The position numbers were made by a program, and so were the translations under genes. Below the pieces are notes generated by a model, which was not told the DNA's origin, did no database searches, and saw only the letters and a program-made list of their open reading frames with translations. From Octopus bimaculoides (taxonomy: Eukaryota): a DNA stretch of 44,020 bases. The stretch is taken from positions 14,856,822 to 14,900,841 of the forward strand of contig NC_068997.1 of NCBI RefSeq assembly GCF_001194135.2. The letters run 5' to 3'. Positions within the stretch are counted from its first letter, which is position 1. Each line of letters begins with the position of its first letter. Below are positions 23,020 through 34,559 of the stretch, in pieces.

Positions 23020-23228
23020 CAAGTTTTTTTATTCTCTCTCTCTGTTTATTTATTTCTTCGTGTTCCTTCCTGTTGAAGAGCATTGGCTTGAAACATAAAA
23101 GACTTTCTCACCTTCCTGAGCATCAATCTAATACACCTGCTTGTTGTTTATACACCTGCTTGTTGTTTATACACCTGCTTGTTGTTTATACACCTGTCTT
23201 CATCATTTATATTTCTGCAAATTTCAAC
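23020..23228 (+). mobile_element. Unclassified repeat with a degenerate hammerhead-like motif and a 19-bp tandem repeat
   Basis: CTTC-CTGTTGA-A-GAGC-ATTG-GCTT-GAAACATA-AAAG at 23066-23101; three copies of TACACCTGCTTGTTGTTTA at 23132-23188. Confidence 0.45.
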
Positions 23229-23237
23229 TATATATAT

Positions 23238-23394
23238 CAGGAGTAGCTGTGTGGTAAGTAGCTTGCTTACCAACTACATGGTTTCAGGTTCAGTCCCACT
23301 GCATGGCACCTTGGGCAAGTGCCTTCTACTATAGCCTTGAGTCGACCAAAGTCTTGTGAGTGGATTTCGTAGACGGAAACTGAATGAAGCCTGT

Positions 23395-23433
<39 letters not shown>

Positions 23434-23605
23434 TTGTGTGTCTGTGTTTGTGCCCCCAACATCGCTTGACACCTGATGCTGGTGTGTTTATGTCCCAGTA
23501 ATTTAGTGGTTCAGCAAAAGAGACTGATAGAATAAGTACTAGGCTAACAAAGAATAAGACACCATGGCCGCAGACAAATAACTGAAACAAATAAATGAAT
23601 AAAAG
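23238..23605 (+). mobile_element. Family A SINE, near full length (3' internal deletion)
   Basis: Collinear with 11620-12030; lacks the GGGGTCGATTTG..GCTCCAG segment. Confidence 0.9.
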
Positions 23606-23722
23606 AATATAGATATAGATACAGATACACACACACACATATATATATAAAGATAGAGAGACAGACAGACAGACAGATAGATAGATAGATAGAGAGACAG
23701 ACAGATAGATAGATAGATAGAT

Positions 23723-23753
<31 letters not shown>

Positions 23754-23777
23754 TAGATAGATAGATAGAAAGATACG

Positions 23778-23822
23778 ATGGGCCTCTTTAAGTATCCATC
23801 TACCAAATCCACTCACACAGAC
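23778..23822 (-). mobile_element. Family A SINE head fragment
   Basis: GATGGGCCTCTTTAAGTATCCATCTACCAAATCCACTCAC. Confidence 0.65.
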
Positions 23823-23825
23823 TCT

Positions 23826-24018
23826 AACTACAGGCCCCTATTACATTAAATAACCACACAGGGTCTTGCTACAGGCCCATCTTTCTCATATAAATAAATT
23901 ACACAAGGCTGTAACTATAGGCCCCTATTACATCAAATAATCACACAGGTTCTAACTACAGACCCTTCTTTCCTCCATAAATAAATTACACACGGCTGTA
24001 ACTACAGGTCCCTCTTGC
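23826..24018. repeat. 87-bp-period minisatellite built from two CTACAGGCCC-headed subunits
   Basis: AACTA(C/T)AGG recurs at 23826, 23913 and 24000, with an intermediate CTACAG(G/A)CCC subunit in each period. Confidence 0.85.
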
Positions 24019-25026
24019 TCTATACAATCACAATCAAACAAAAATATCATTTGAAATGAAACAGTGCACAGGATGAAGCATAAGCAACACAGTAGCTCAT
24101 AGCTTTTGACTGTTACCTGTAGACCATGACAAAAATGCTTGTGCTTCACAGGAAAATTGTCAAGAACCTCTATGTGATTTTGGTTTCACTGCATTATTGA
24201 ACACTTTTCTCTGCTATCCAACTACAGTTTTTGCTGCAATTGAAGCTGTCTGTAACGGCAGCACTTATTTGAATAGACATTTTGCCAAAGCACCATTGTG
24301 ACTTACTCTAAATTAGCTTTCAGAATATATTACACTATTAACAGACATTATCTGAGAATAATTGCTGACTAGTTGGCAGGTGTTAGCTATATGGTTATGA
24401 GTTTGTGATATATGAAATAAGATTAACCTAGTAATACTAATGAAATGTGATAGATAGAGCTTTCTGTTTTAACTTCTTAGTCTTTCTGATACAGTAATTC
24501 AGTAATATTATTAATAATATTATTATTTAGAAGTAGTAACAGTAGTGGTACTATTATTTCTGCTATGACTATGGCTACTGCTATTGATAGGGGAGTAGAA
24601 CAGTGAATGAGAAACTTCTCTCTTAATGTAATTTGGTTTCTCACATTTCTACATTGAAATGCCAATGAAGTTGACTTAGACTCACATTCTACTTAAAGTT
24701 GATAAACTAACTATTATTATAGCTATCATTATTATCATTTTACTGCATCTAACTAAATGCCAGGAAATATTTAATATTATACCTATACTTTATAAGTTTA
24801 GAACCTGCCAAAAGTAACTTTGATTTTTTTCTTTCAACCTTCTCATACCAATAAATAAATTAAAAACCAATGAAGATGGGGGATGGGGGTGGACNNNNNN
24901 NNNNNNNNNNNNNNNNNNNNNNNNNNNNNNNNNNNNNNNNNNNNNNNNNNNNNNNNNNNNNNNNNNNNNNNNNGTTGATTCATACAAATGTATAATAATA
25001 GCCTTGTGCCAATATGGGTAAGCCTC

Positions 25027-25301
25027 AAAGCAGTAAGCTGGCAGAAGCGTTGGTACGTTGGGCAAAATCTTTAGTGACATTCCACAACTTTCTCTCACTC
25101 TTACTTCCTGTTTCTGTTGTACCTGTAATTCAAAGGGGCCAGCCTCGTCACACTCTGTGTCACGCTGCATCTCACCGAGAACTATATTAAGGGTACACGT
25201 GTCTGTGGAGTGCTCAGCCACTTGCACGTTAATTTCATGAGCAGGCTGTTCCATTGAAAGGATCAACTGGGACCCTCGTCATCGAAACTGACAGAGTGCC
25301 A
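25027..25301 (+). mobile_element. Family D SINE head (25027-25081) fused to family B SINE 3' half (25082-25301)
   Basis: AAAGCAGTAAGCTGGCAGAAGCGTTGGTACG matches the family D head; CCACAACTTTCTCTCACTC..GAGTGCCA matches 13623-13830. Confidence 0.7.
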
Positions 25302-25354
25302 TGATGATTTGACAGAGTAATCCAAACGCCAGAAGGTTTAAAGAATAGGTGAAA

Positions 25355-25509
25355 GAGTTGCTGTCTGGTAAGAAGCTTGCTCACCAACCACATAGTTCTG
25401 GGTTCAGTCCCACTGCATGGCACCTTGGGCAAGTGTCTTTTACTATATCCTCAGGCCAACCAAAGCTTTGTGAATAGATTTGGTAGATGGAAACTGAAAG
25501 AAGCCCGTC

Positions 25510-25545
<36 letters not shown>

Positions 25546-25766
25546 ATGTGTGTGTATATATTTGTGTGTTTCTGTTTGTCGCCCCACCACAACATTGCCT
25601 GACAACCGATGTTTGTGTGTTCACGTCCCCGGCACTTAGTGGTTTGGCAAAAGACAGAATACGTACTAGGCTTACAGAGAATAAGTTCTGGGGTTGATTT
25701 GTTCGACTAAAGGTGGCGCACCAGCATGGCTGTAGTCAAATGACTGAAGCTAATAAAAGAATAAAA
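25355..25766 (+). mobile_element. Family A SINE, near full length
   Basis: Head, internal (TA)(TG) tract, body and A-rich tail are collinear with 11620-12030. Confidence 0.9.
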
Positions 25767-26774
25767 AAATATGGAGTATTTTCATTAATTTTCTTTAAAT
25801 TTTAGCTTTCACAGGATTACAGCTACTAATAAATGTGTGTGTGTGTGTGTGTTTGTGTGTGTGTGAGTGTTTGTGTGTTTGTGAGTGTATGTGTACACTC
25901 ATTCTTGTGTGGGTGTGTTTGTGTGTATGAATGAGTGTGTGTTGTGTGTGTATGAGCATGAGTGTTTGTGTGTGTGTGCATGTGTATGTATGCATTCGTT
26001 CCTTTGTGTGTGTGTGTGTCCATGCTTGTGTGTCTGTGGATGTATGTGTGTATGTCTGTGTGGGTGTGTATTTGTCTGTGTGTGCTTGTGTATGTGTGTG
26101 TGTCTTGTGTGTGTGTGNNNNNNNNNNNNNNNNNNNNNNNNNNNNNNNNNNNNNNNNNNNNNNNNNNNNNNNNNNNNNNNNNNNNNNNNNNNNNNNNNNN
26201 NNNNNNNNNNNNNNNNNNNNNNNNNNNNNNNNNNNNNNNNNNNNNNNNNNNNNNNNNNNNNNNNNNNNNNNNNNNNNNNNNNNNNNNNNNNNNNNNNNNN
26301 NNNNNNNNNNNNNNNNNNNNNNNNNNNNNNNNNNNNNNNNNNNNNNNNNNNNNNNNNNNNNNNNNNNNNNNNNNNNNNNNNNNNNNNNNNNNNNNNNNNN
26401 NNNNNNNNNNNNNNNNNNNNNNNNNNNNNNNNNNNNNNNNNNNNNNNNNNNNNNNNNNNNNNNNNNNNNNNNNNNNNNNNNNNNNNNNNNNNNNNNNNNN
26501 NNNNNNNNNNNNNNNNNNNNNNNNNNNNNNNNNNNNNNNNNNNNNNNNNNNNNNNNNNNNNNNNNNNNNNNNNNNNNNNNNNNNNNNNNNNNNNNNNNNN
26601 NNNNNNNNNNNNNNNNNNNNNNNNNNNNNNNNNNNNNNNNNNNNNNNNNNNNNNNNNNNNNNNNNNNNNNNNNNNNNNNNNNNNNNNNNNNNNNNNACCG
26701 GACTATTGGTTGTTCTTAAACATCACTAGTCACAATGCGCTTCAATTTATTTTAGCTTTCAAATGACACCACCC

Positions 26775-26939
26775 TGCTGGTGTGTTTACATTCCCGTAAC
26801 TTAGCGGTTCAGCAAAATAGACCGATAGAATAAGTACTAGGCTTACAAAGAATAAGTCCTGGGGTCAATTTTTCTCGACTAAAGGCAGTGCTCCAGCATG
26901 GCTGCAGTCAATTGCCTAAAACAAGTAAAAGAGTAAAAG
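26775..26939 (+). mobile_element. Family A SINE 3' half
   Basis: TGCTGGTGTGTTTAC..TAGCGGTTCAGCAAAA..AAACAAGTAAAAGAGTAAAAG. Confidence 0.9.
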
Positions 26940-26975
<36 letters not shown>

Positions 26976-27009
26976 AAACCTGTACCAGACTTCTCTGACT
27001 ATTTTTGCA

Positions 27010-27128
27010 GGATATTTTCAGCTGTAAAAATCCTGCCAAAGCAGTCAAAGAAGTCAGGTGCAGCTTCTGCCTGACCAGTTCCTGTCAACCCCACTCCCAT
27101 GCCAACATGGAAGGCAGACATTCAACGA
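27010..27128 (+). mobile_element. RTE-LINE 3' tail fragment (family C)
   Basis: CAGCTGTAAAAATCCTGCCAAA..CCCATGCCAACATGGAAGGCAGACATTCAACGAT. Confidence 0.6.
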
Positions 27129-27168
27129 TATAATATATGTGTATACATATACATATACACACACTTAG

Positions 27169-27550
27169 GTTGTTGGCACTCCGTCGCTTACGACGTCGAG
27201 GGTTCCAGTCGATCCGATCAACGGAACAGCCTGCTCGTGAAATTAACGTCCAAGTGGTTGAGCACGCCACAGACATGTGTACCCTTAACGTAGTTCTCAG
27301 GGATATTCAGGGTGACACAGTGTGACAAGGTTGGTCCTTTGAATTACAGGCACAACAGAAACAGGAAGTAAGAGTGAGAGAAAGTTATAGTGAAAGAGTA
27401 CAGCAGGGTTCACCACCATCCCCTGCCAGAGCCTCGTGGAGCTTTAGGTGTTTTCGCTCAATAAACACTCACAACGCCCGGTCTGGGAATTGAAATTGCG
27501 ATCCTATGACCGCGAGTCCACTGCCCTCACCACTGGGCCATTGTGCCTCC
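27169..27550 (-). mobile_element. Family B tRNA-derived SINE, full length
   Basis: Minus strand begins GGAGGCACAATGGCCCAGTGG (A-box), has a B-box-like TTTCAATTCCC, and ends GACGGAGTGCCAACAAC. Confidence 0.9.
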
Positions 27551-28084
27551 TAGGTACATGATATATAGAGGGTAAAAATTGATAAAGTACTCCTTAGGTC
27601 ATGAATGAGCATGGGATTGCATTTAGAAAGTTCTCCTCCAAGTCACAAGTCTTAGCAAGGCTGATTATAGAAGACCATCAGTCACCCATGCATACCAGCC
27701 TCCCCTTACCATACCACCGATGTTATTCAAAGAAAGATTTTGATCTAAATATCTGGATCTGCTGCCTCCCAACAACATCCAAAGTCATTCAATTTCACAA
27801 GCTTTACCAAATAATTTTTTACAAATGTAAACCATATATTGCTCACTTAGACACTGGTTTTTATTTCGTTTTTGTCAAATTTCTTGTCACCTCAGTCAGC
27901 CACAACTTTATGCTTGAAGTATTGTATGGAAGAAACCACCTCAAGATTTACATATGACTAACTTGTTTTATCAAGTATGCCTTGCCATAACTTAACTGAT
28001 AACCATCAAACAACATGGTGACCATCACATGTGACTGCACACATAGTTCAGTAGAGCATTTTTTCAACAATTGTTTTTCTATTC

Positions 28085-28485
28085 CTCTTTTACTCTTTTA
28101 CTTTTTTACTTGTTTTAGTCATTTGACTGTGGCCATGCTGGAGCACCACCTTTAGTCTAGCAAATCGACCCCAGGACTTATTCTTTGTAAGCTTAGTACT
28201 TATTCTATCGATCTCTTTTGCCGAACCGCTAAAATACAGCATCAGTTGTCAAGTGATGTTGGGGGGACAAACACAGACACACAAACATATACACATATAC
28301 ATATATATATATATATATATATAGTGCAACGGGCTTCTTTCAGTTTCCGTCTACCACTCACACGGCTTTGGTTGGCTTGAGGCTATAGTAGAAGACACTT
28401 ACCCAAGATGCCACGCAGTGGGACTGAACCTGGAACCATGTGGCTGGTAAGCAAGCTACTTACCACACAGCCACTCCTGCGCCTA
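28085..28485 (-). mobile_element. Family A SINE, full length
   Basis: Reverse complement of 11620-12030, including the internal microsatellite. Confidence 0.9.
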
Positions 28486-28487
28486 TA

Positions 28488-28582
28488 TTAGAAGATATTT
28501 GCGCAAGGTGCCATGCAATGGGACTGAACCTGGAAACATGTGGTTAGGAAGCAAACTTCTTACCATACAGCCATGCCTCTGC
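28488..28582 (-). mobile_element. Family A SINE head fragment, tandem to the previous copy
   Basis: AGAAGATATTTGCGCAAGGTGCCATGCAATGGGACTGAACC..CTTACCATACAGCCA. Confidence 0.8.
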
Positions 28583-29703
28583 CAACATATTCATAATGGT
28601 CTTCTAACAGAGCAAGAGGGAAGGAAATTAAATGTAGAACTTTTCAACAGCGACACAATGTAATATTAATTTTAACCCATGAACTAAAGAATTCATTACA
28701 GAGCGAGTAAATCATTTGAAATAAAACTTGAATTTAATAATCTAAATTTAGCATCCAGCTAATAAACTTCCATACCTGAAAACTTTTTCAAACTCATTCA
28801 TCAAATTACAAAGTTAAAATCTTTTTAATAAGTTGAAACATTTTCAGTTTTGCCCTTTTTTTTTTTTTTCTCTCTAGAATGTGATATTCTGTACATATTT
28901 GGGGAGTTAGTTTAACAACATTTATGTAAGCAATTCATAAATGGTTTCTCTCCAATCATGTTTGGAACTAAGCCAAGTAAAAAAACTTTACATTGTACAA
29001 ATACTTTATTACTCACAAGGAAGTGGTTATGAATTGAAAAGGCAAGTTCAAAATTACTAAAACTGTGTTTTCAAATTTATTTGGTACAGGATAAGCATCA
29101 TTGTGACGAAATGAAAAATTTTTCATATTTGAATGTATAATTCAAAACATGAAATAAAGCTTCTAATATTGAAACTTTGTTAAATAAAACCTTTCTCCTT
29201 GTTGTTTCCTTATTTATTATTTTATTTAGGAAATTTTAAATTATTGCATTAGTTATACAAACACATATACACCCGCACAAAAGCACGCATATAATAAACA
29301 CACTGGATGCCTGCAGTGGTAGTAATATCATAAATTTTGCTGTTTGTATGGGTTAAATTCAATATAGATGTACAAACACAGACATATATGTAATAAATTT
29401 AATATATGTAAACATATTTAGTGCAAATGTGGAGGAAATTTCGGGCTGAAACTTGAAAACAATAAAAGAGAACAAAGATCAGTATTAAAACTATTAGAAT
29501 TTGGGGTTTTATTGCAGCCAATCATCAGGTGATGCAGAGCAGAAACCTCATGGTCGTTTCATAACGCATAAATACTTTATACAATAATTCTTTTAGTGTT
29601 GATCTCATGCTTACAAATATTGAATTTCACATGTTATCACAAAACATATTTAATAATTGATACATCATGGCCTATGATGCAAACTATATATATATTTATA
29701 CAG

Positions 29704-29735
<32 letters not shown>

Positions 29736-29824
29736 ACATTTACATATAGATAGCTATTTGTATGTATGCATATATACATTTATGTATGTATGTATGTATC
29801 TGTCTATCTATATATTCATATATA

Positions 29825-30338
29825 GATAACTATTAATTTCCAGTACCGCTGCCGTAGTCTCCTTTAGAGAGACTTAGAAATATTAATAACTCTATTTCTG
29901 AAAACCAGTGGATAGATTCCACTGAAATTAGATAAATAACCTTCGAGCAGATGGTCGGCGGCGCCGCCTGGCTAAGGCTTGGCTACTCTGCATTGACAAG
30001 GGGCAACACCCTGAAACTAGTCTAGTCTGCAGATGCCAAACCGGCAGGGGGACACTGCTGACCTCCCCTGTTCGAAGGTTATAAAGGACACAGGTTTCGT
30101 GTGTCACATAGCTAGCTAGAGGCGATGGCTTCTTGGAGCTAATTCACGGCAGCTTTCGTCCTAATTTTGGGACTGCCATGTTGGCTTGGCGATAACTATT
30201 AATTTCCAGTACCGCTGCCGTAGTCTCCTTTAGAGAGACTTAGAAATATTAATNNNNNNNNNNTATAGATAACTATTAATTTCCAGTACCGCTGCCGTAG
30301 TCTCCTTTAGAGAGACTTAGAAATATTAATAACTCTAT
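29825..30338. mobile_element. Unclassified structured 366-bp unit bounded by identical 71-bp direct repeats, in (TA)n-rich DNA
   Basis: The repeat GATAACTATTAATTTCC..AATAACTCTAT occurs at 29825-29895, 30191-30253 (cut by a gap) and 30268-30338; the 295-bp core is 51% GC by my count. Confidence 0.6.
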
Positions 30339-30875
30339 ATATATATACATATATATATACATATATATATACAAATATATATTTATTTCTGTGTAAGCAT
30401 GTATCTGTACATATATATGTATATGTATACATAAATATGTATGCATTTATTTCTATACAATTATATATATGTGATGTGTGTGTGTGTTTATATATAAGTA
30501 TGTATGAATAAATATATGCGTGCATATGAATGTGAACATGTGTATACACATATATATGTACGTGTGTGTGTGTGTGTTAAACATCTAATTTATATTTGTG
30601 ACCAACATTTGTCACCTGAAATTAATAAAAATTCACTAGGACAAATTATTAATTCTAATTTTATCATTATAATATTCTTTTAAATATAAATGAAATGTAA
30701 AGTGATCAATAACATAACAATTTTTAATACAGAATTATGAATAAGAATTGAAAAGGTTAATTAGAATATTTAAATGATATAAAAGTTAACCTTTCTCAAT
30801 TGATATAAAGAATAATTGAGCAAAATTCCAACAATATAGTTTCATTATTAATTTTTTGTCAAATTCAGCCCAATG

Positions 30876-30878
<3 letters not shown>

Positions 30879-30968
<90 letters not shown>
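30879..30968. repeat. (TG)n microsatellite
   Basis: Perfect dinucleotide run. Confidence 0.97.
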
Positions 30969-30971
<3 letters not shown>

Positions 30972-31070
30972 AAGGATTACTATGATACTATTGGCTTCCC
31001 AATTCTGTCATCGGTAAACACCGGTGAAGTTTCATGGTAGAAGTCCCGCATATAAGCTTCAGCTCCACTT

Positions 31071-31133
31071 CCAAGATGGTGCCCCAGCATGGTCGCAGTC
31101 CAATGAATGAAATGAATAAAAGAGAGAAAAGAG
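31071..31133 (+). mobile_element. Family A SINE tail fragment
   Basis: GGTGCCCCAGCATGGTCGCAGTCCAATGAATGAAA..AAAAGAG. Confidence 0.7.
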
Positions 31134-31577
31134 ATAAATGAATAAATAACTATGGTTAGATAAGTAGACAGACAGGTAGATAGCTATGTATGTAGTATAT
31201 ATATATATATATGTATATATATATACATGTATATGTACATATATTTTTATGCATACATATATATACATATACATATAGATATATACATATATATTGTTGT
31301 GTCTGGGTAGAGTTATTCTCTTTTGGTGCCTTATGGATGATGATGATATACATATAGACATATATATATATATATATATATANNNNNNNNNNNNNNNNNN
31401 NNNNNNNNNNNNNNNNNNNNNNNNNNNNNNNNNNNNNNNNNNNNNNNNNNNNNNNNNNNNNNNNNNNNNNNNNNTATATGTATATATATATATGTATATA
31501 TATATGTATATATATGTATGTATCTCTTCCTCTCTCTCTCTATCTTTCCCTATATATATGTGTATAATCTTCTGGCA

Positions 31578-31711
31578 CTTTCTATCTTCCAAATCCACTC
31601 ACAAGGCTTCGGTTGCCCCTAAGCTATTGTAGAAGATATTTGCCCAAGGTGCCATGCAGTGGGACTGAACCTGAAATCAAATTTCTTACTGCACAGCCAC
31701 ACCTGCACCTA
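31578..31711 (-). mobile_element. Family A SINE head
   Basis: CCAAATCCACTCACAAGGC..TTGCCCAAGGTGCCATGCAGTGGGACTGAACC..CACAGCCACACCTGCACCTA. Confidence 0.85.
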
Positions 31712-31735
31712 TCTATCTATCTATCTATCTATCTA

Positions 31736-31793
<58 letters not shown>

Positions 31794-31829
31794 GCGCCTA
31801 TATATATATGTATATATATAGATGGATGA

Positions 31830-31939
31830 TGGGCTTCTTTCAGTTTGCATCTACCAAATCCACTCTTGAGGTTATGGTCAGCCCAAGACTATGATAGAAG
31901 ACTGAACACAGAAACAAGAGCTTCTTACCACACAACCAC
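31830..31939 (-). mobile_element. Family A SINE head, internally deleted
   Basis: GGGCTTCTTTCAGTTTGCATCTACCAAATCCACTC..AGAAGAC joined to CTTCTTACCACACAACCAC. Confidence 0.75.
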
Positions 31940-31950
31940 AGATAACACTA

Positions 31951-32178
31951 TTAACCCATTTGATACTAATCAGTTAGAGACCACCTTTGTTCTGTGATAC
32001 AAACTATCAGTTTTAAAATCATCTAAAAACTTTTCTGTGTAATTACATGCTAATTTATGTCCTAAATACCGGCTTAACTACAATAGAGTTATCTTACTAA
32101 ATTCATCGTTATTTTTTGAAAGATTAATTGAAACAAAAGTAATATATTCCAACCGAAATGTGCTAATGAAAGTGTTAA
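31951..32178. mobile_element. piggyBac-like MITE with TTAA target duplication
   Basis: TTAA-CCCATTTGATAC ... GCTAATGAAAGTG-TTAA: TTAA at both ends and degenerate CCC/GGG-type termini. The right part resembles 37305-37395. Confidence 0.55.
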
Positions 32179-32851
32179 AAGTGGCTATGATTACCTACAG
32201 TACTCTTATTTTGAAATTAATATGCCTATAAAAGTATGCATTCTGTATGGTTATGTATTCATGGCTGTTATGACTAAAGCCTCGAATGTGGGTTCATGTG
32301 ACCGAGTTCACACTGAGGTGACGGCAATTGCCAGACCTAATGAGTTAGCTGGACTAAAGTATGGATTCGAAGCAGTAATTATGACATACACATAGCGCTT
32401 TTTCAAAAACTAAAAACAAAGAAGCAATCAATAAAAGAGACAAAAAAAAAAAGATCAGAATTGAAAGGAAAATAAAAAAAAAAAGAAAGGATAATAATAG
32501 AAGTTAATGGCACAATTCTAATTCCAAGAAAAGAATATCGGTATTAGAAGCTAAATAAACTAATTGAAGATACAGTTAATTTATTCTCAGCACGGTCCTA
32601 TACTGGGTTCATTGGTAATTATCTGCCATTTATTTAGTCAGTGTCACCTTATTGAGACATTAGGTAAGCAGAAAATTAACATGAGAATAGACATATATAC
32701 ATACATTCATATGTATGTATATCAAATTTACATACAAGTATGTGTATATGTGTGTGGTGTATATGTATGTATGTGTGTGTGTATGTATGTATGTATATAT
32801 ATATACACAGATAGGGAGAGTTAGAAAGATAGATGTACATATATATATATG

Positions 32852-32902
<51 letters not shown>

Positions 32903-33664
32903 ATACATACAAATAGAGAGAGTTAGAAAGATAGATGTACATATATATATATATATATATACATATACAGAGAGAGAGAGAGAGAGATATATACATACAT
33001 ACATATATACTCACACTCTCATTCACGCACTCAGATACATGCACAAACACACACATACACACACACATGCACACATATACACAGATACACACAACACACA
33101 CATGTACCTTAGTTTGTTTCTTTCCCCATGGTCATTTTCTTTTTCTTTCTTAAGAATATAAATTACACATTCTAAAGTTTCACACTGTATTCAAATTTAC
33201 ATTGTTTGATAGTTATAATTATAACTTTTTTTCTTTTTTTTAATCCTACTTCCTCCCTCCGTTGGCCAATTCCTTTATTTATCTTCCAAGGGAAAGAATA
33301 CATCTTTCTGAATTCAAATTACTTTTCGCACATTTTGATCTGGACCGACGTAAAATATCGGTAATGCTATCCTTTCCTTATGTGGTTCCTAAAGTACACA
33401 ACTGAATTAGCAATAACATCTAGCGAATGTACTGAAGAGATAACTGAAGAGATGTTAGCATGGACCCCCACCCTGGCATCCGAAACTCTGAGTTTTATCA
33501 TGGCTACTGAATAAGTGTCACATATTTTTACAGATATATATATATATATATATATATCAAGTGCCTCCTCCATGAGGTCCTAACAGATATGTATATATAT
33601 ATATATGTATATATATATATAATCCTATAGATATATACATATAGTCATTTATGTGCCGGTTTAT

Positions 33665-33840
33665 ACATAAAAAGCACCCATTACACTCTTGAAGTGGTTG
33701 GCATTAGGAAGATGCATCCAGCCATAGAAAGCATGCAAAATTAGACTGGAACTTCGAGCAGCTCTCCAGCTTACCTGTTTCTGTCAAACCATCTGACCCA
33801 TGCCAAAATGGAAAGCAGGCACCAAATGATGATGATGATG
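33665..33840 (+). mobile_element. RTE-LINE 3' UTR and (GAT)n tail (family C)
   Basis: AAAAGCACCCATTACACTC..GTGGTTGGCATTAGGAAG..CCCATGCCAAAATGGAAAGCAGG..AATGATGATGATG. Confidence 0.8.
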
Positions 33841-33844
33841 GTTT

Positions 33845-34000
33845 CATCATTTCATCATTCAATGTTCACTTCTCCATGCTTGCAGGGTCAGATGTAATAT
33901 TTTAAAGCAGGTTTTTTTTGGTCTTTCTTTCACAGTCAGATGCTCTCGCTGTTTCCAACCCTCACCTGTTTCTAAGCAAAGTAATATTTCCCCGTAGTCA
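33845..34000 (-). mobile_element. Short RTE-tail-type repeat variant
   Basis: CATCATT..AATGTTCACTTCTCCATGCTTGCAGGGTCAGATG reverse-complements an RTE-type tail. Confidence 0.5.
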
Positions 34001-34288
34001 TGAGTTAATTGCCACACAGTCTTCACCAAAGGCAGTTCACTTCAGCTAAAAGTTAGAATGAACTGCATTTAAGTAGTGGAAATAAAAACAGGCCACCAGA
34101 GCAGGAAAGATGCTATAAGACTATTAACAAGGAAGGAGACAGATTATTCTTCACTGATGAAATTTAATGATTACAAGACTCTTGCTTTATTCACAAAATA
34201 AATACAAGAATAAAATAAGTACACTGAGATCCACAAACAGTAAATTTAGATCACCAACTGCAAAATCTAAAATAACTAGATATTACAT

Positions 34289-34559
34289 TCATCATCATCA
34301 TCATCATCATCATCCTCATCATCATTTAACGTCCGCTTTCTATGCTAGCATGGGTTCAACGGTTTGACTGAGGACTGGCGAACCAGATGGCTACACCAGG
34401 CTCCAATCTGATCTGGCAGAGTTTCTACAGCTGGGTGCCCTTTCTAATGCCAACCACTCTGAGTGTGTAGTAGGTGCTTTTACGTGCCACCGGTACGAGG
34501 GCCAGTCAGGCAGTTTTGGCAACAGCCACGCTCAAATGGTTTTGCTTACATGCTCCACC
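34289..34559 (-). mobile_element. RTE-LINE 3' UTR and tail (family C)
   Basis: (CAT)n TTAACGTCCGCTTTCTATGCTAGCATGGG..; collinear with 15577-15810. Confidence 0.88.

Noticed and set aside
23132-23196. CRISPR-like short repeats
   Set aside because: The units are directly adjacent with no spacers, in eukaryotic DNA with no cas genes.
24110-24301. ATG-less 63-codon Cys-containing open frame (..ENCQEPLCDFGF..)
   Set aside because: No recognisable domain and no donor before the stop.
29896-30190. Group I intron, HDV-like, twister or snRNA identity for the structured core
   Set aside because: Required conserved elements (paired P7 strands, nested double pseudoknot, twister loop motifs, Sm site) were not found by eye.
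33367-33573. Short ORFs on both strands (TTELAITSSECTEE.. and VISSVHSLDVIANSVVYF..)
   Set aside because: Only vague similarity to GPCR or LINE motifs; not supportable.
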